64,000 bases of DNA, taken from contig QCJV01000001.1 of NCBI GenBank assembly GCA_003215795.1, forward strand, positions 20,548 through 84,547, read 5' to 3'. A program made the position numbers and the translations under genes. This DNA comes from Prochlorococcus sp. AG-409-F19. Its GTDB lineage: Bacteria; Cyanobacteriota; Cyanobacteriia; PCC-6307; Cyanobiaceae. The notes under the pieces were generated by a model. It ran no database searches and was not told where the DNA came from. It was given only the letters and a program-made list of their open reading frames with translations. Shown in pieces: positions 9,269 to 19,306 of this stretch; within the stretch, counting starts at the first letter, position 1, and the number at the start of each line of letters is the position of its first letter.

Positions 9269-10516
9269 ATGAAAGACGCCACAGAAGCCCTTAGCTGGAA
9301 AGAACTTGAAAGTCTTACAGACAAAGGAACAGACTTAATTAATGGTCCAAACAACCCATATTCATTATTAAGACTATTTGGCCAAAACAACTCTTCGACA
9401 AGAGTAACCTTATATAGAGATAAGCATGCTTGGTGTCCATACTGTCAAAAGGTTTGGTTATGGCTTGAGTGGAAGAGGATACCTTATAAAGTAAAAAAAG
9501 TGACGATGAGATGCTATGGAGAAAAAGAAAGATGGTACTTGCGAAAAGTACCATCTGGTATTTTTCCTGCGATAGAACTAGACAATAAGCTTATAACTGA
9601 AAGTGATCAGATTCTTTTAAACCTTGAAAAGGTTTTTGGGACTTTAGGAATGCCGCTTGAAAAACCAGAAATTCTTGACTTGCGTAATCTCGAGAGAAAG
9701 TTATTTAGAGCGTGGTGCATCTGGTTATGCAACCCATCTTTTAGTAAAGGACAAGCTCTAAGAAAAGAAAAACAATTTAGATCAATAGCCCAAGAAGTAG
9801 ACGATCGACTATCAAAGACAACTTCACAATGGCTCGATCCGTCCATTGGGAATTCACGGAAATCATTTCCAGGTAGCGCTGATGTTGTCTTCATCCCATA
9901 TTTAGAAAGGATGAATGCTTCATTGTCATACTACAAAGGTTTTGAGCTAAGAAGTGAATTCTCAAATATTGACAACTGGTTTAGAGCACTTGAGCAACTT
10001 GATGAATATAGAGGTACACAAGGAGATTTCCATACTCATGCTCATGACTTGCCACCACAGATGGGAGGATGCTGGTCAGACAACAACAAACATCAAGAAT
10101 TATTATCTAATCAAATTGATATCGGCTATGGACTTGGTGAAAAAGAAACAACCTATCAATCAACTAAACCTGATCGCCCCGCCAAAATTGCATTACAGAG
10201 GGTTTTAAAGCATCGTGATCAAATAAAACAGATTAACCCTTTAGACAATGAATTCTTTGATCAACCCCTAAGAGCAGCTCTTAGCAAAATGATGCTTAAG
10301 CAAGATTTTAGTCCAAGCAAAGGGAGTGCACTAGGGCTTAGATACTTAAAAGATAGAATATCAGTACCTAGAGACATGCCGCTACTTTCTGCAAGAGAGT
10401 TTAGGCAAGCATTAGAAGAAACTGCTCAGTTAGATGGGCCTACTCAAGGGCCCCCAATTTCGTTTAAAAACCGTTTTGATCAAAATCCTCTTAATTTTTC
10501 AAAGGAGCCTCAATAA
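9269..10516 (+). CDS. Glutathione S-transferase family protein (Cys-type, CPYC)
   Basis: AWCPYCQKVWLWLE, ITESD, GST C-terminal domain. Confidence 0.85.
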   Translation: MKDATEALSWKELESLTDKGTDLINGPNNPYSLLRLFGQNNSSTRVTLYRDKHAWCPYCQKVWLWLEWKRIPYKVKKVTMRCYGEKERWYLRKVPSGIFPAIELDNKLITESDQILLNLEKVFGTLGMPLEKPEILDLRNLERKLFRAWCIWLCNPSFSKGQALRKEKQFRSIAQEVDDRLSKTTSQWLDPSIGNSRKSFPGSADVVFIPYLERMNASLSYYKGFELRSEFSNIDNWFRALEQLDEYRGTQGDFHTHAHDLPPQMGGCWSDNNKHQELLSNQIDIGYGLGEKETTYQSTKPDRPAKIALQRVLKHRDQIKQINPLDNEFFDQPLRAALSKMMLKQDFSPSKGSALGLRYLKDRISVPRDMPLLSAREFRQALEETAQLDGPTQGPPISFKNRFDQNPLNFSKEPQ

Positions 10517-10531
10517 GAATGTCAAAATCAA

Positions 10532-11914
10532 TCACAGCTTACTTCGAGAATCTATCTGCAATAAATCTCGAATCCTTTGAACCTGACTAGCCATTTGAGG
10601 GTCACTAGACAGTTTCTTCTCTACTTGTTCTATTGCATACATCACAGTCGTATGATCTTTTCCACCAAAAGCATCGCCTATTCGAGGCAAACTAAGATTA
10701 GTGCCTTGACGCATTAAATACATGCCTACCTGTCTCGCCTGGCTAACAGGTCTACGTCTACTTGCACTCTTCATCTCATCTGAAGTGACCTGAAAAACTT
10801 CAGAAACTTTTTCCAATACTTGTCTAGGGGTAACCTCAACTCCCTGGCCATTCGGGTCTAACATCGGCGCAATGGAGTCAACTGTCATAGGAAGTCCAGT
10901 AATAGAAGCAAAGGCAATTGCTCTAGTTAGGGCTCCTTCTAACTCACGAATATTTGAAGTAAATCGTCCTGCAATAAAATGGATTAGATCTCGAGGTAGA
11001 CCGACTCGTTCATGCTCAGCCTTCTTCTGCAAAATAGCCATTCTTGTTTCCAAATCAGGAGCCTGAATATCCGCAATCAACCCCATTGAAAATCTAGACA
11101 TCAAACGTTCTTGAAGACGAGGTATCTGACTAGGCGGACGATCACTAGCAAGAACAATTTGACTCCCTGCATCATGTAAAGCATTAAAAGTGTGAAAAAA
11201 TTCTTCCTGGGTATATTCCTTCCCTTCCAAGAATTGAATATCATCAACAAGTATTAAATCTGCGGCTCTATATTTATCTCGAAAAGATTGCATGCGATCT
11301 TGCCTAATAGCAAGAATCAAATCATTGGTAAAAGTTTCAGTTGAAACATAAGAAACTTTCGCAGCAGGGTCTATTTCCATTCTGTAATGACCTACTGCCT
11401 GCATTAAATGGGTTTTACCAAGTCCAACTCCTCCACAAATAAATAAAGGATTAAATTCACGTCCTGGGGCTTCTGCTACAGCCATCGCAGCGGCATGGGC
11501 CATGCGACTATTAGGGCCAACAACAAATCTATTAAAAACATATCTCAAGTTCAACAATGGGCCTGATTTCTTAGAGGAGTTCGAAGATTCATTAGCCAAT
11601 TTCTTGGCATGAGAATCCGAAGGAGCAATGGTGGAAGTTTTCGAACTAGAAGAAATAAAAGAATTATCAGTTGCTTCTTTTACCTTTACAATCACCGTTA
11701 CAGGTTCTCCAAAAATTTCTTCAGCTGTTTCTTGAATGGTTTGCGAGTAATTATTTCTCAACCATGCACTTGAGAAACTATTAGGAGCAATTAAAATCAA
11801 CTCGCCATTTTCGAAGCCACTGAATTGAGTTGGGCGTATCCATGTTTCATATGAAGGCTTACTTAAATTTTTCTTTAACGAACTCTGAACTTTTTCCCAA
11901 GACTCTTCACCCAT
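10532..11914 (-). CDS. dnaA: Chromosomal replication initiator
   Basis: [31 protein letters not shown] and GGKDHTTV motifs. Confidence 0.98.
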   Translation of the reverse strand: MGEESWEKVQSSLKKNLSKPSYETWIRPTQFSGFENGELILIAPNSFSSAWLRNNYSQTIQETAEEIFGEPVTVIVKVKEATDNSFISSSSKTSTIAPSDSHAKKLANESSNSSKKSGPLLNLRYVFNRFVVGPNSRMAHAAAMAVAEAPGREFNPLFICGGVGLGKTHLMQAVGHYRMEIDPAAKVSYVSTETFTNDLILAIRQDRMQSFRDKYRAADLILVDDIQFLEGKEYTQEEFFHTFNALHDAGSQIVLASDRPPSQIPRLQERLMSRFSMGLIADIQAPDLETRMAILQKKAEHERVGLPRDLIHFIAGRFTSNIRELEGALTRAIAFASITGLPMTVDSIAPMLDPNGQGVEVTPRQVLEKVSEVFQVTSDEMKSASRRRPVSQARQVGMYLMRQGTNLSLPRIGDAFGGKDHTTVMYAIEQVEKKLSSDPQMASQVQRIRDLLQIDSRSKL

Positions 11915-12209
11915 TAGTCCAGATTCTCCTAATTAGAGGCTGAATCTAAACGTGGTTATCAAATTAGGCATTCAAAAATCTGAAAACCAGGTTTTTCTTG
12001 ACACGAAGAATGTAGTTAAAACTTTTTCTAACAAAGGGATTTGGACAAACTAGTCAAGAATGTCTATTAAAGAAGCTTATTAAAGCGATACAGGATGCAA
12101 CGAAAAATCACTCTAAAGTAATCAAAATAATAAAAGAGCAATCCCAGATTTTACGACAGGTCCACTTTTATAGAGCCAATTTACAAACAAGGTCAAGGAA
12201 AACTATTAA

Positions 12210-12854
12210 ATGAGCAAGTCTCTTCTAATCCTAATGACTCGTTGGCCAGCACCAACTAGATGTAAGAAACGACTCTCTAAAGACATAGGGACCTCTAGAG
12301 CTGCTGCAATACAAAGAAAATTAATTTTTCACACAATAGCTGTAGCGAAAAGTCTGCGGGAGAAGGGCTGCCTTGAAATTCAATTAGCTGTAGAAGGAAT
12401 TGGGAACAAAAAAATTTCACGGTGGGCGAGCTCCCTTGGAATAGCCCAAGCAAGATGTCAAGGGAAAGGAAACCTTGGCTTAAAAATGAAGCGACAGCTA
12501 GTTTTAGCTCAAAGAAAAAAAAACTTTTTCTCGAAAAACTATAGTGAAATTATTTTCATAGGGACAGATGTTCCAGACCTATGCAAGAGTGACATTAGCT
12601 CTGCTATCAGTTCTTTAACTAAAAGTGAAATCGTAATTGGGCCTGCGGAAGATGGTGGATACTGGCTAATAGGCTTTTCAGGAAATATTATCTCCAAAGT
12701 TTTTTCGTGGCCTTTTGCGGGAATACACTGGGGCTCAGACTCTGTCTTAAAAGAGACCCTTAGGAAAGCAAACGCAAAAGGAGTTAAATATGAATTAATC
12801 CATAGAAAATCTGATGTGGATAAATTATCAGATTTAGGATTCTGGTGCTATTAA
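12210..12854 (+). CDS. TIGR04282/DUF2064 (CofC-like) transferase
   Basis: RWPAPTRCKKRL, QGKGNLG, IGTDVP, GPAEDGGYWLIG and DVDKLSDL motifs. Confidence 0.85.
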   Translation: MSKSLLILMTRWPAPTRCKKRLSKDIGTSRAAAIQRKLIFHTIAVAKSLREKGCLEIQLAVEGIGNKKISRWASSLGIAQARCQGKGNLGLKMKRQLVLAQRKKNFFSKNYSEIIFIGTDVPDLCKSDISSAISSLTKSEIVIGPAEDGGYWLIGFSGNIISKVFSWPFAGIHWGSDSVLKETLRKANAKGVKYELIHRKSDVDKLSDLGFWCY

Positions 12855-12865
12855 AGCTAAATAAG

Positions 12866-13558
12866 ATGCTTAGTATTATCATACCTACAATAAACGAAGC
12901 AGAAAGACTTCCTCTTCTATTAGCAGATATTAACTCTTACCCCAAGCAATTTGAATTGATAGTTAGTGATTTCGAAAGCTCAGATCTAACTGAGTTAATT
13001 GCAAAAATAGGAGGAGCAAAAATAATTCATAATAAAGAAAAAGGGAGAGGTAATCAACTTAACAATGGGGCTGCTAAAGCATCAGGGGAATGGCTCCTAT
13101 TCTTACATGCAGACTCCAGACTAGATCCTTATTGGGTTTCTAAAGTAGATAGAATAATCAATGAAGATTTTAATCAAGCATATGCATGGTTTTTTGATTT
13201 CAAGATTGAGAAAAAAGGTTTCAGCTGGTTTCTACTTGAATCAACTGTATTTATAAGAAGCTATATTTTTCAAATGCCTTATGGTGACCAGGGTCTCCTA
13301 ATCAGCAAAGGCCTCTATTCCAAAATTGGAGGTTATAAAAAAATACCTATAATGGAAGACGTTGATATAAACATTCGACTTAATCAAAAAACAAAATTGA
13401 AGAGAATAGGTTTATCTATACAAACAAGTGGTAGAAGATATTCAAGAAGAAATATAATTAGGAATGCAATTAAGAATACGAATTTAATAAACAGTTGGAA
13501 GCAAGGTGCAGATCCAGTTACATTGGTAAAAAAATATTATTCAGATCAAAAGATTTAG
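12866..13558 (+). CDS. TIGR04283 GT2 glycosyltransferase
   Basis: LSIIIPTINEA, GRGNQLNNGA, LFLHADS, PYGDQGL and MEDV motifs; start 12845 or 12866. Confidence 0.85.
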   Translation: MLSIIIPTINEAERLPLLLADINSYPKQFELIVSDFESSDLTELIAKIGGAKIIHNKEKGRGNQLNNGAAKASGEWLLFLHADSRLDPYWVSKVDRIINEDFNQAYAWFFDFKIEKKGFSWFLLESTVFIRSYIFQMPYGDQGLLISKGLYSKIGGYKKIPIMEDVDINIRLNQKTKLKRIGLSIQTSGRRYSRRNIIRNAIKNTNLINSWKQGADPVTLVKKYYSDQKI

Positions 13559-13570
13559 AACTAACTAACA

Positions 13571-14113
13571 CTAATTAGCGTACCAAAATGCACACCTAAG
13601 CCCCTTCGGCTCAAGGGTCCATCCTTGACTCTTATAAAAACTTATTACTCCTGGGTCAGCAAAAAGAACAACTCTTTCTATATTCAGTTCTTTAAGACTT
13701 TGAAGGACATAATTCATCAACTCTTTACCTAATCCAAAACCTTGGTAAACCGGGTGAATAGCAACATCCCAGACTGTTGCATGAAGGACACCATCGCCTG
13801 TACATCTAGCAAAGCCTACTAAACGAGGAAATCTTGAATCATGTTGCCATAAACCAATTTTAAGCAAGCTATTATCCAAGGCTGTTTGAACTCTCCTCAT
13901 TGGTCTTCGACTCCAACCCACAGATTGAAGCAACTGTTCAAGTTCAATCAAATCAAGGGGTTTAGACTGACTAAAGACAAACTTAAATTTGTCCGACTTA
14001 GAAAGACATTCACGGGCTTCTGCTCCATATATTTCTTTAAAATCATTAGAAGGCTTACGACTATTCGTCCAACCCATAAGGTTTATTTTTCCTTGCATTA
14101 CTTTTCTGATCAT
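13571..14113 (-). CDS. GNAT acetyltransferase (Ycf52/NSI-like)
   Basis: GFARCTGDGVLHATVWDVAIHPVYQGFGLG, LFADPGVISFY. Confidence 0.88.
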   Translation of the reverse strand: MIRKVMQGKINLMGWTNSRKPSNDFKEIYGAEARECLSKSDKFKFVFSQSKPLDLIELEQLLQSVGWSRRPMRRVQTALDNSLLKIGLWQHDSRFPRLVGFARCTGDGVLHATVWDVAIHPVYQGFGLGKELMNYVLQSLKELNIERVVLFADPGVISFYKSQGWTLEPKGLRCAFWYAN

Positions 14114-14132
14114 TGACCAGTAACCTCTCTAA

Positions 14133-15926
14133 TCAAAATCTAGCAAGCCCTTGTTCCTGTAATCTTGCCAGTTGAGCATATAGTCCTCCTTGAGCAATCA
14201 GGACTTGATGGTTTCCTTCTTCTATGAGCTTTCCTTTCTTCATTACCAAAATACGATCTGATGATTCAATTGTCGCAAGGCGGTGAGCAATAACCAAAGC
14301 TGTTCTTTTTTCAAGCAACCTATCCAAGTCTCTTTGCAAGGTTGCCTCAGTCGAAGGATCCATAAATGCAGTTGCTTCATCCATTACCAAGATTTTTGGA
14401 CTTCGAATAGCTACCCGAGCAACAGAAAGTAACTGTCTCTCTCCAGAAGAAATATTGCTACCTCTTTCTCGCAACAAAGTTTTCAAACCATTTGGGAACC
14501 TATTCAATAATGCTCCTAAGCCTAAGTCAATACATATTTGAGCCAATCGCTCATCCGTAATAGATGAATCCAATCTGAGATTATCGGCTACGTTTCCACT
14601 AAACAAAAAAGTATCTTGCAAGACTACCCCTATTTGTTTTCTTAACTCAGCTAAAGGTATGTCTTTTATATCAACACCATCAATAAGTATCCTTCCCTCT
14701 TGAGGCTCATATAACCTACATAGCAATCTTATTAGTGTTGTTTTCCCTGAACCAGTTGGTCCAACAAGTGCTATATGTTCGCCTGGAGAAATCCTAAAAC
14801 TAAGATTACTGATAATCTGGTCATCAGGTCTATAGTGGAAGCTAACATTTTCAAATACGACTTCACCAAGACAAGATTCTTTTGAGCTTTTCAAGCTTAA
14901 GTTTTCATCATCTCCTTTAAAATCTAATATCTCTATATCTTCTTCTAATAATTCACCGATTCGTTCAACGGCAGTCAAGCCACCTTGTATTTGAGTAAAT
15001 CTTTCTGCTAGTTGTCGCAAAGGCTCAAAAAGTCTCTGAGAGTAGAGAATAAATGCTGTCAAAGTACCTAGCCCCATCGAACCAGCTGTAACCAACCATC
15101 CACCCAAAGCAATTACCAATGCAACCACAGCTAAAGAAACCCATTCAATAAAAGCAGATATACTGCTGTCATAGAAGATAATACTGTTGACGGCATTTCG
15201 ATAGGCAATACTAGTTTGATTAAAGCGCTTGGCATTTACACCTTGTCTTCTAAACATTTGTACAACCTCAATGCCTTGTAAATTTTCTTGAAAATCAGCA
15301 TTAAGCTCAGAGAGCTCTTCTCGAACCCTATAATTAGATCTTCTATACCTCTTCTGTAACCAAAGAATAAAAAGAGTTACGGGTATTTGTGTAGTTAAAA
15401 GTAATAATCCTAATTTCCAATCAATTAGGAGCATCGTAATTGAGATTACAATCAAGGTTACAATATCTGCAAGTACTCCAACAGCTCCACTTCCAAAGAC
15501 TTCTGACAGTGCATCCACATCACTGGTTAGCCTTGTAAGCAATTTACCTACAGGCATTGAATCGTGATACCTCAATGAGAGGTTAATTGCATGAGAAAAT
15601 AAATCTTTTCTAATTCGAGCAGTTAATCTTTGCCCAACTGATTGAATGTTATATGACTGGAAACCCTGGAGTGCAAGACGAATAAGTACAGAAATTAGCA
15701 AAAGGGTTATTAAAATCCTAATCGCATATTGGGTAGGGAGATCACTCAGCCATGAGAAAGCAGCTTCACCCTTTAAAACGCTAATAGCTTGTCCAACTAA
15801 CAAAGGTTGAATCGCACCAGCAACAGAAAGCGGAAGGAGTAAAAATAAAATTATTAATAGTCGTTTTCTGTCCTTCTGAAGGTAACGACCTAGACGTCTG
15901 ACTCTTTGGAAATCCTGAAATGCCAT
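14133..15926 (-). CDS. ABC exporter, fused TMD and ATPase
   Basis: Six-TM domain, GPTGSGKT, SSGERQ, DEATA and IAHRL motifs. Confidence 0.93.
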   Translation of the reverse strand: MAFQDFQRVRRLGRYLQKDRKRLLIILFLLLPLSVAGAIQPLLVGQAISVLKGEAAFSWLSDLPTQYAIRILITLLLISVLIRLALQGFQSYNIQSVGQRLTARIRKDLFSHAINLSLRYHDSMPVGKLLTRLTSDVDALSEVFGSGAVGVLADIVTLIVISITMLLIDWKLGLLLLTTQIPVTLFILWLQKRYRRSNYRVREELSELNADFQENLQGIEVVQMFRRQGVNAKRFNQTSIAYRNAVNSIIFYDSSISAFIEWVSLAVVALVIALGGWLVTAGSMGLGTLTAFILYSQRLFEPLRQLAERFTQIQGGLTAVERIGELLEEDIEILDFKGDDENLSLKSSKESCLGEVVFENVSFHYRPDDQIISNLSFRISPGEHIALVGPTGSGKTTLIRLLCRLYEPQEGRILIDGVDIKDIPLAELRKQIGVVLQDTFLFSGNVADNLRLDSSITDERLAQICIDLGLGALLNRFPNGLKTLLRERGSNISSGERQLLSVARVAIRSPKILVMDEATAFMDPSTEATLQRDLDRLLEKRTALVIAHRLATIESSDRILVMKKGKLIEEGNHQVLIAQGGLYAQLARLQEQGLARF

Positions 15927-15930
15927 TTAT

Positions 15931-16578
15931 TTATAAGCAAGAACTATTCGTCTGAGATTGAATAGTGTCAACAATTTGCTGAAGCTCTCCAGTATCTAAT
16001 CTTAAAGAAAGGGGGTGAGCAATTAATCGAGCAGTTGAATAGAAAAGCTGGTCAATCTCAACCAATCCATTCTCGCGAAGTGTTCGTCCAGTGGCGACCA
16101 GATCAACTATCGCCTCTGCAATACCAGTTAATGGGCCAAGCTCAACTGAGCCTGTCAAATGAACCAACTCAACTGGAAGATCAATTTCTTCAAAAAAACT
16201 TCTTGCACAATTAGTAAATTTACTTGCTACTCGACAGTGAGGCGGCAATTCCACTGCACTCTTGTAACTACTCGTTGATTTTACTGCCACCGACATGCGA
16301 CAACCCCCAAAATTAAGGTCAACCAAGTTTGCAACTTGCATTTGCTTCTCACTAAGGACATCGAAGCCTACAATTCCCAATTGAGCCTGCCCATAAGCAA
16401 CATAAACAGGTACATCACCATTTCTTACAAGAAGAGCATTAGCCCGACCACATACTGAAGGAACCATTAACAGACGATTAGAAGGTTCCAACACTGCTGA
16501 AAAATCCAACCCCGCTTTGGCAAATCTTGTAACAGAGTCTTTTAGTAAAGCCCCTTTTGCTAAGGCAACAGTAATCAT
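15931..16578 (-). CDS. hisG: ATP phosphoribosyltransferase (short form)
   Basis: [37 protein letters not shown]. Confidence 0.96.
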   Translation of the reverse strand: MITVALAKGALLKDSVTRFAKAGLDFSAVLEPSNRLLMVPSVCGRANALLVRNGDVPVYVAYGQAQLGIVGFDVLSEKQMQVANLVDLNFGGCRMSVAVKSTSSYKSAVELPPHCRVASKFTNCARSFFEEIDLPVELVHLTGSVELGPLTGIAEAIVDLVATGRTLRENGLVEIDQLFYSTARLIAHPLSLRLDTGELQQIVDTIQSQTNSSCL

Positions 16579-16628
16579 GGGTCAATTAATCAACGTTTAT
16601 TTTAACTATTCGATCTACTTTTAAAGCT

Positions 16629-17390
16629 ATGGAACTAGAAAAACAAGATTTCATAATTCATCCTATCCCTGTACTAACTGACAACATCATATGGATTTGG
16701 GTAAAAGGAGATCAAGCTGTAGTTGTGGATCCTGCAATTTCACAACCTGTTATAAGTTGGTTGGAAGAAAATGAGCTAACACTTACCTCAGTCTTACAAA
16801 CCCATCACCACCAAGATCATATAGGGGGGACAGAAGATCTTCTAAAGATCTGGCCATCTTCCTCAGTAATTGCTGCTAAAAGCGATCTCGATCGAATCCC
16901 ATTTCAAACTATCTCTGTATTAGATAATGATTCTTTTGTTCTCTTAGAAGAAGAAATAAAAGTTTTAGAGGTGCCTGGACATACAAAAAATCACGTTACT
17001 TACTATTTAGGAGGTTCCAAAATGAGCAGAATGCACCCTGTCCTTTTTTCGGGAGATACATTATTCGGGGGTGGATGTGGTCGGCTGTTCGAAGGAACTC
17101 CCAATCAAATGTTTAATTCATTAAATCGATTAAAGGCTTTACCGAGTGAAACCAAAATTTACTGTGCACATGAATATACAGAAGACAACTTAAAATGGGC
17201 AAAGTCAATTTATCCGGATGATCCTAATATAAGTTCAAGATTAAAGAAAGTTATAAAACAAAGGTCGAAAGGCTTGCAAAGTCTCCCCAGTACGATTCTA
17301 GAAGAAAGAAAAAGTAATTTATTTTTTCTTTCTTCTAGCTCCACGGAATTTGCAAAATTACGTTTACATAAAGACAACTGGACTAATTAA
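16629..17390 (+). CDS. gloB: Hydroxyacylglutathione hydrolase (glyoxalase II)
   Basis: THHHQDHIGG, PGHT, GDTLFGGGCGRLFEG and CAHEYT motifs. Confidence 0.95.
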   Translation: MELEKQDFIIHPIPVLTDNIIWIWVKGDQAVVVDPAISQPVISWLEENELTLTSVLQTHHHQDHIGGTEDLLKIWPSSSVIAAKSDLDRIPFQTISVLDNDSFVLLEEEIKVLEVPGHTKNHVTYYLGGSKMSRMHPVLFSGDTLFGGGCGRLFEGTPNQMFNSLNRLKALPSETKIYCAHEYTEDNLKWAKSIYPDDPNISSRLKKVIKQRSKGLQSLPSTILEERKSNLFFLSSSSTEFAKLRLHKDNWTN

Positions 17391-17435
17391 GTAAGTAGAA
17401 AAGATAAATTCATTTGTAATTTAATAGTTGCCCTT

Positions 17436-17834
17436 ATGACTTCCTTGTCAATAAAAGCAATTGAATCAGGAGAAGCGCCCTCTCCTGTTGGCCCTTACAA
17501 CCAAGCGATTCTTGCAGGAGGATGGCTCTATTGCTCTGGGCAGATTGCACTTAATCCATCTACTGGAGAGATGGTTGGGGATGGAGATGTTGAAAAAGAA
17601 ACTCATCAAGTTCTTAAAAATCTTTTAGAAGTCCTAAAGGCTGCAGAAGCTGATGCTTCAAATATTGTTCGAACTACAATTTTTTTAGCAAATTTAAATG
17701 ACTTCAATAAAGTAAACAAAATCTATTCTGAAGTTTTCAAAGATAAAATTACTCCTGCCAGAGCCTGCGTTGAGGTTTCTGCACTACCAAAAGGGGGACT
17801 TGTCGAGATTGATTGTGTCGCTTGGCTTGGTTAA
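17436..17834 (+). CDS. RidA family enamine/imine deaminase
   Basis: GPYNQA, CSGQI, PARACVEVSALPKGGLVEI. Confidence 0.93.
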   Translation: MTSLSIKAIESGEAPSPVGPYNQAILAGGWLYCSGQIALNPSTGEMVGDGDVEKETHQVLKNLLEVLKAAEADASNIVRTTIFLANLNDFNKVNKIYSEVFKDKITPARACVEVSALPKGGLVEIDCVAWLG

Positions 17835-17835
17835 T

Positions 17836-17866
17836 AAAGTCAGAAATCAATGGATATCTGACTTTT
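17836..17866 (+). terminator. Probable terminator after the RidA gene
   Basis: AAAGTCAGA-N12-TCTGACTTTT. Confidence 0.6.
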
Positions 17867-17921
17867 AATTTGCATAGCGGTCACATGATTGTCTAGATTA
17901 AGTCTTGACCTGCGACAAAAC

Positions 17922-18143
17922 ATGTCCGCAGCAAAGCTGACAATTGGCGAACTAGAGGCTGGCTATCCCCTCTATTGCAAAGCACTAAGGCGTCTCCTTC
18001 AATTAGGGCGAACTCGCCAAGAAATTGAGCGGACTGTCTGTTGGAGCCATCTAGAAACACTTAACAGGTGCCTGCCGGGAAGGTATAAGGCTCCAGCATA
18101 TTTAATGGCTCTAATCAAAAGAGACCTTTCAGAAGGCAAATAA
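17922..18143 (+). CDS. DUF3136 family small protein
   Basis: LTIGELEAGYPLYCKALR..RTVCW..L..LPGRYKAP; ATG at 17922. Confidence 0.8.
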   Translation: MSAAKLTIGELEAGYPLYCKALRRLLQLGRTRQEIERTVCWSHLETLNRCLPGRYKAPAYLMALIKRDLSEGK

Positions 18144-18171
18144 TAGGCAACTCAATCACAGAGAAGGTCGA

Positions 18172-18426
18172 TTAATTCTTTGTTAAACCATCTATCTCTG
18201 AAGCAAACTTCATGTCATCCTCTGACAAAGTGGCATCTTTTTCTTCACTTTCTGGTTGCAAAGTTAAATTCACATAAGTCTTCCCAAAACTGATATCTGG
18301 AAATCTCTTACGTTTTTCAGAAAGCTCGCCAAGGCGATCCAGGAAATCCCTAGTCAACTCATAGGTAGGGAATTCGAATCTTCTTTCTAGTCTTAAAGGT
18401 CTAGACCTTTCATTCCATTTATGCAT
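18172..18426 (-). CDS. Pterin-dehydratase-like RuBisCO assembly factor (acRAF/Raf2)
   Basis: LERRFEF..TRDFLD..PDISFGKTYVNLT; lacks the HHP catalytic His pair; lies downstream of the cso operon. Confidence 0.85.
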   Translation of the reverse strand: MHKWNERSRPLRLERRFEFPTYELTRDFLDRLGELSEKRKRFPDISFGKTYVNLTLQPESEEKDATLSEDDMKFASEIDGLTKN

Positions 18427-18455
18427 ATTTAAAAATTGCTAGGGAAGAAGATTTA

Positions 18456-18481
18456 GTGATGCAAAGTTCACTATGCATCGC
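18456..18481 (-). terminator. Stem-loop after csoS1E
   Basis: Minus strand GCGATGCATAG-TGAA-CTTTGCATCAC; weak U tract. Confidence 0.45.
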
Positions 18482-18500
18482 AAATATTACCAACTCTCCA

Positions 18501-19007
18501 TCAAAGGCGACGTTTTGCTCCACTGACTTTGAGGACAGGTTCAACTTCCGAATGAGGCCTTGCAATAATATGGGCGGCGACCAATCCGTCCCCAACTCGC
18601 TCGCAGGCATCTGCACCTGCACGTACAGAAGCATTCACAGCACCAGTCTCCCCACGCACTAAAACAGATACATAACCGCCTCCAACATATTCTCTTGCTA
18701 CCAGGCTAACCTCTGCTGCTTTGGTCATTGCATCAGCTGCTTCGATTGCTGGAACCATTCCACGTGTTTCTATCATTCCTAAAGCAATCCCATTTATTGA
18801 TTCTGAAGATGAAAAGTTAGAAGAATTTGAGACACCTTTTTTTGGACCTCCTCCAACTCCAGAGGTACTTTTAGAAGCTTTGGAGGGAGACACAACTTTT
18901 TTAGATACTAAAGGTTCTGAAACAACATCAACTATTTGTTTAGAAGGGTCACCACTTTGTGTATTTGCCTTTGCTTTTGGACGAAGTGGAGGGTTAGAGG
19001 AAGTCAT
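18501..19007 (-). CDS. csoS1E: BMC-H shell protein with N-terminal low-complexity extension
   Basis: ALGMIETRGMVPAIEAADAMTKAAEV BMC domain after about 70 aa of S/K/P-rich sequence; ATG at 19007. Confidence 0.85.
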   Translation of the reverse strand: MTSSNPPLRPKAKANTQSGDPSKQIVDVVSEPLVSKKVVSPSKASKSTSGVGGGPKKGVSNSSNFSSSESINGIALGMIETRGMVPAIEAADAMTKAAEVSLVAREYVGGGYVSVLVRGETGAVNASVRAGADACERVGDGLVAAHIIARPHSEVEPVLKVSGAKRRL

Positions 19008-19054
19008 CTGATAGGAGAATGAAATTAGTAAGAGTTTTGTTCGTATCTCCAGGG

Positions 19055-19306
19055 CTATCCATCTGGAGTCCAATAATCAATAATTCCACCAATCGTTAAA
19101 TCAGTTTGAATAGATGGATTTGGGCATGCAAATCTTGCTGCTGAACCACTTGCAGTAAAGACCCAGTTACCTTCTCGAGCACCAACAGGATCTACAGCCA
19201 CCAGATCCTTCCCTTTGTTATTACGAAGAATGCGTAAATGCATATGACCTAAGCCATCAACTCGTTGAGTGCAAACTAGACGGCCCATAACCTGCATAAT
19301 TTCCAT
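19055..19306 (-). CDS. csoS4B: Carboxysome vertex protein B
   Basis: MEIMQVMGRLVCTQR..VAVDPVGAREGNWV..TDLTIGGIID; TAATG overlap with csoS4A. Confidence 0.94.
   Translation of the reverse strand: MEIMQVMGRLVCTQRVDGLGHMHLRILRNNKGKDLVAVDPVGAREGNWVFTASGSAARFACPNPSIQTDLTIGGIIDYWTPDG

Noticed and set aside
12815-12823. Perfect DnaA box TGTGGATAA
   Set aside because: Single copy inside a CDS; compatible with chance
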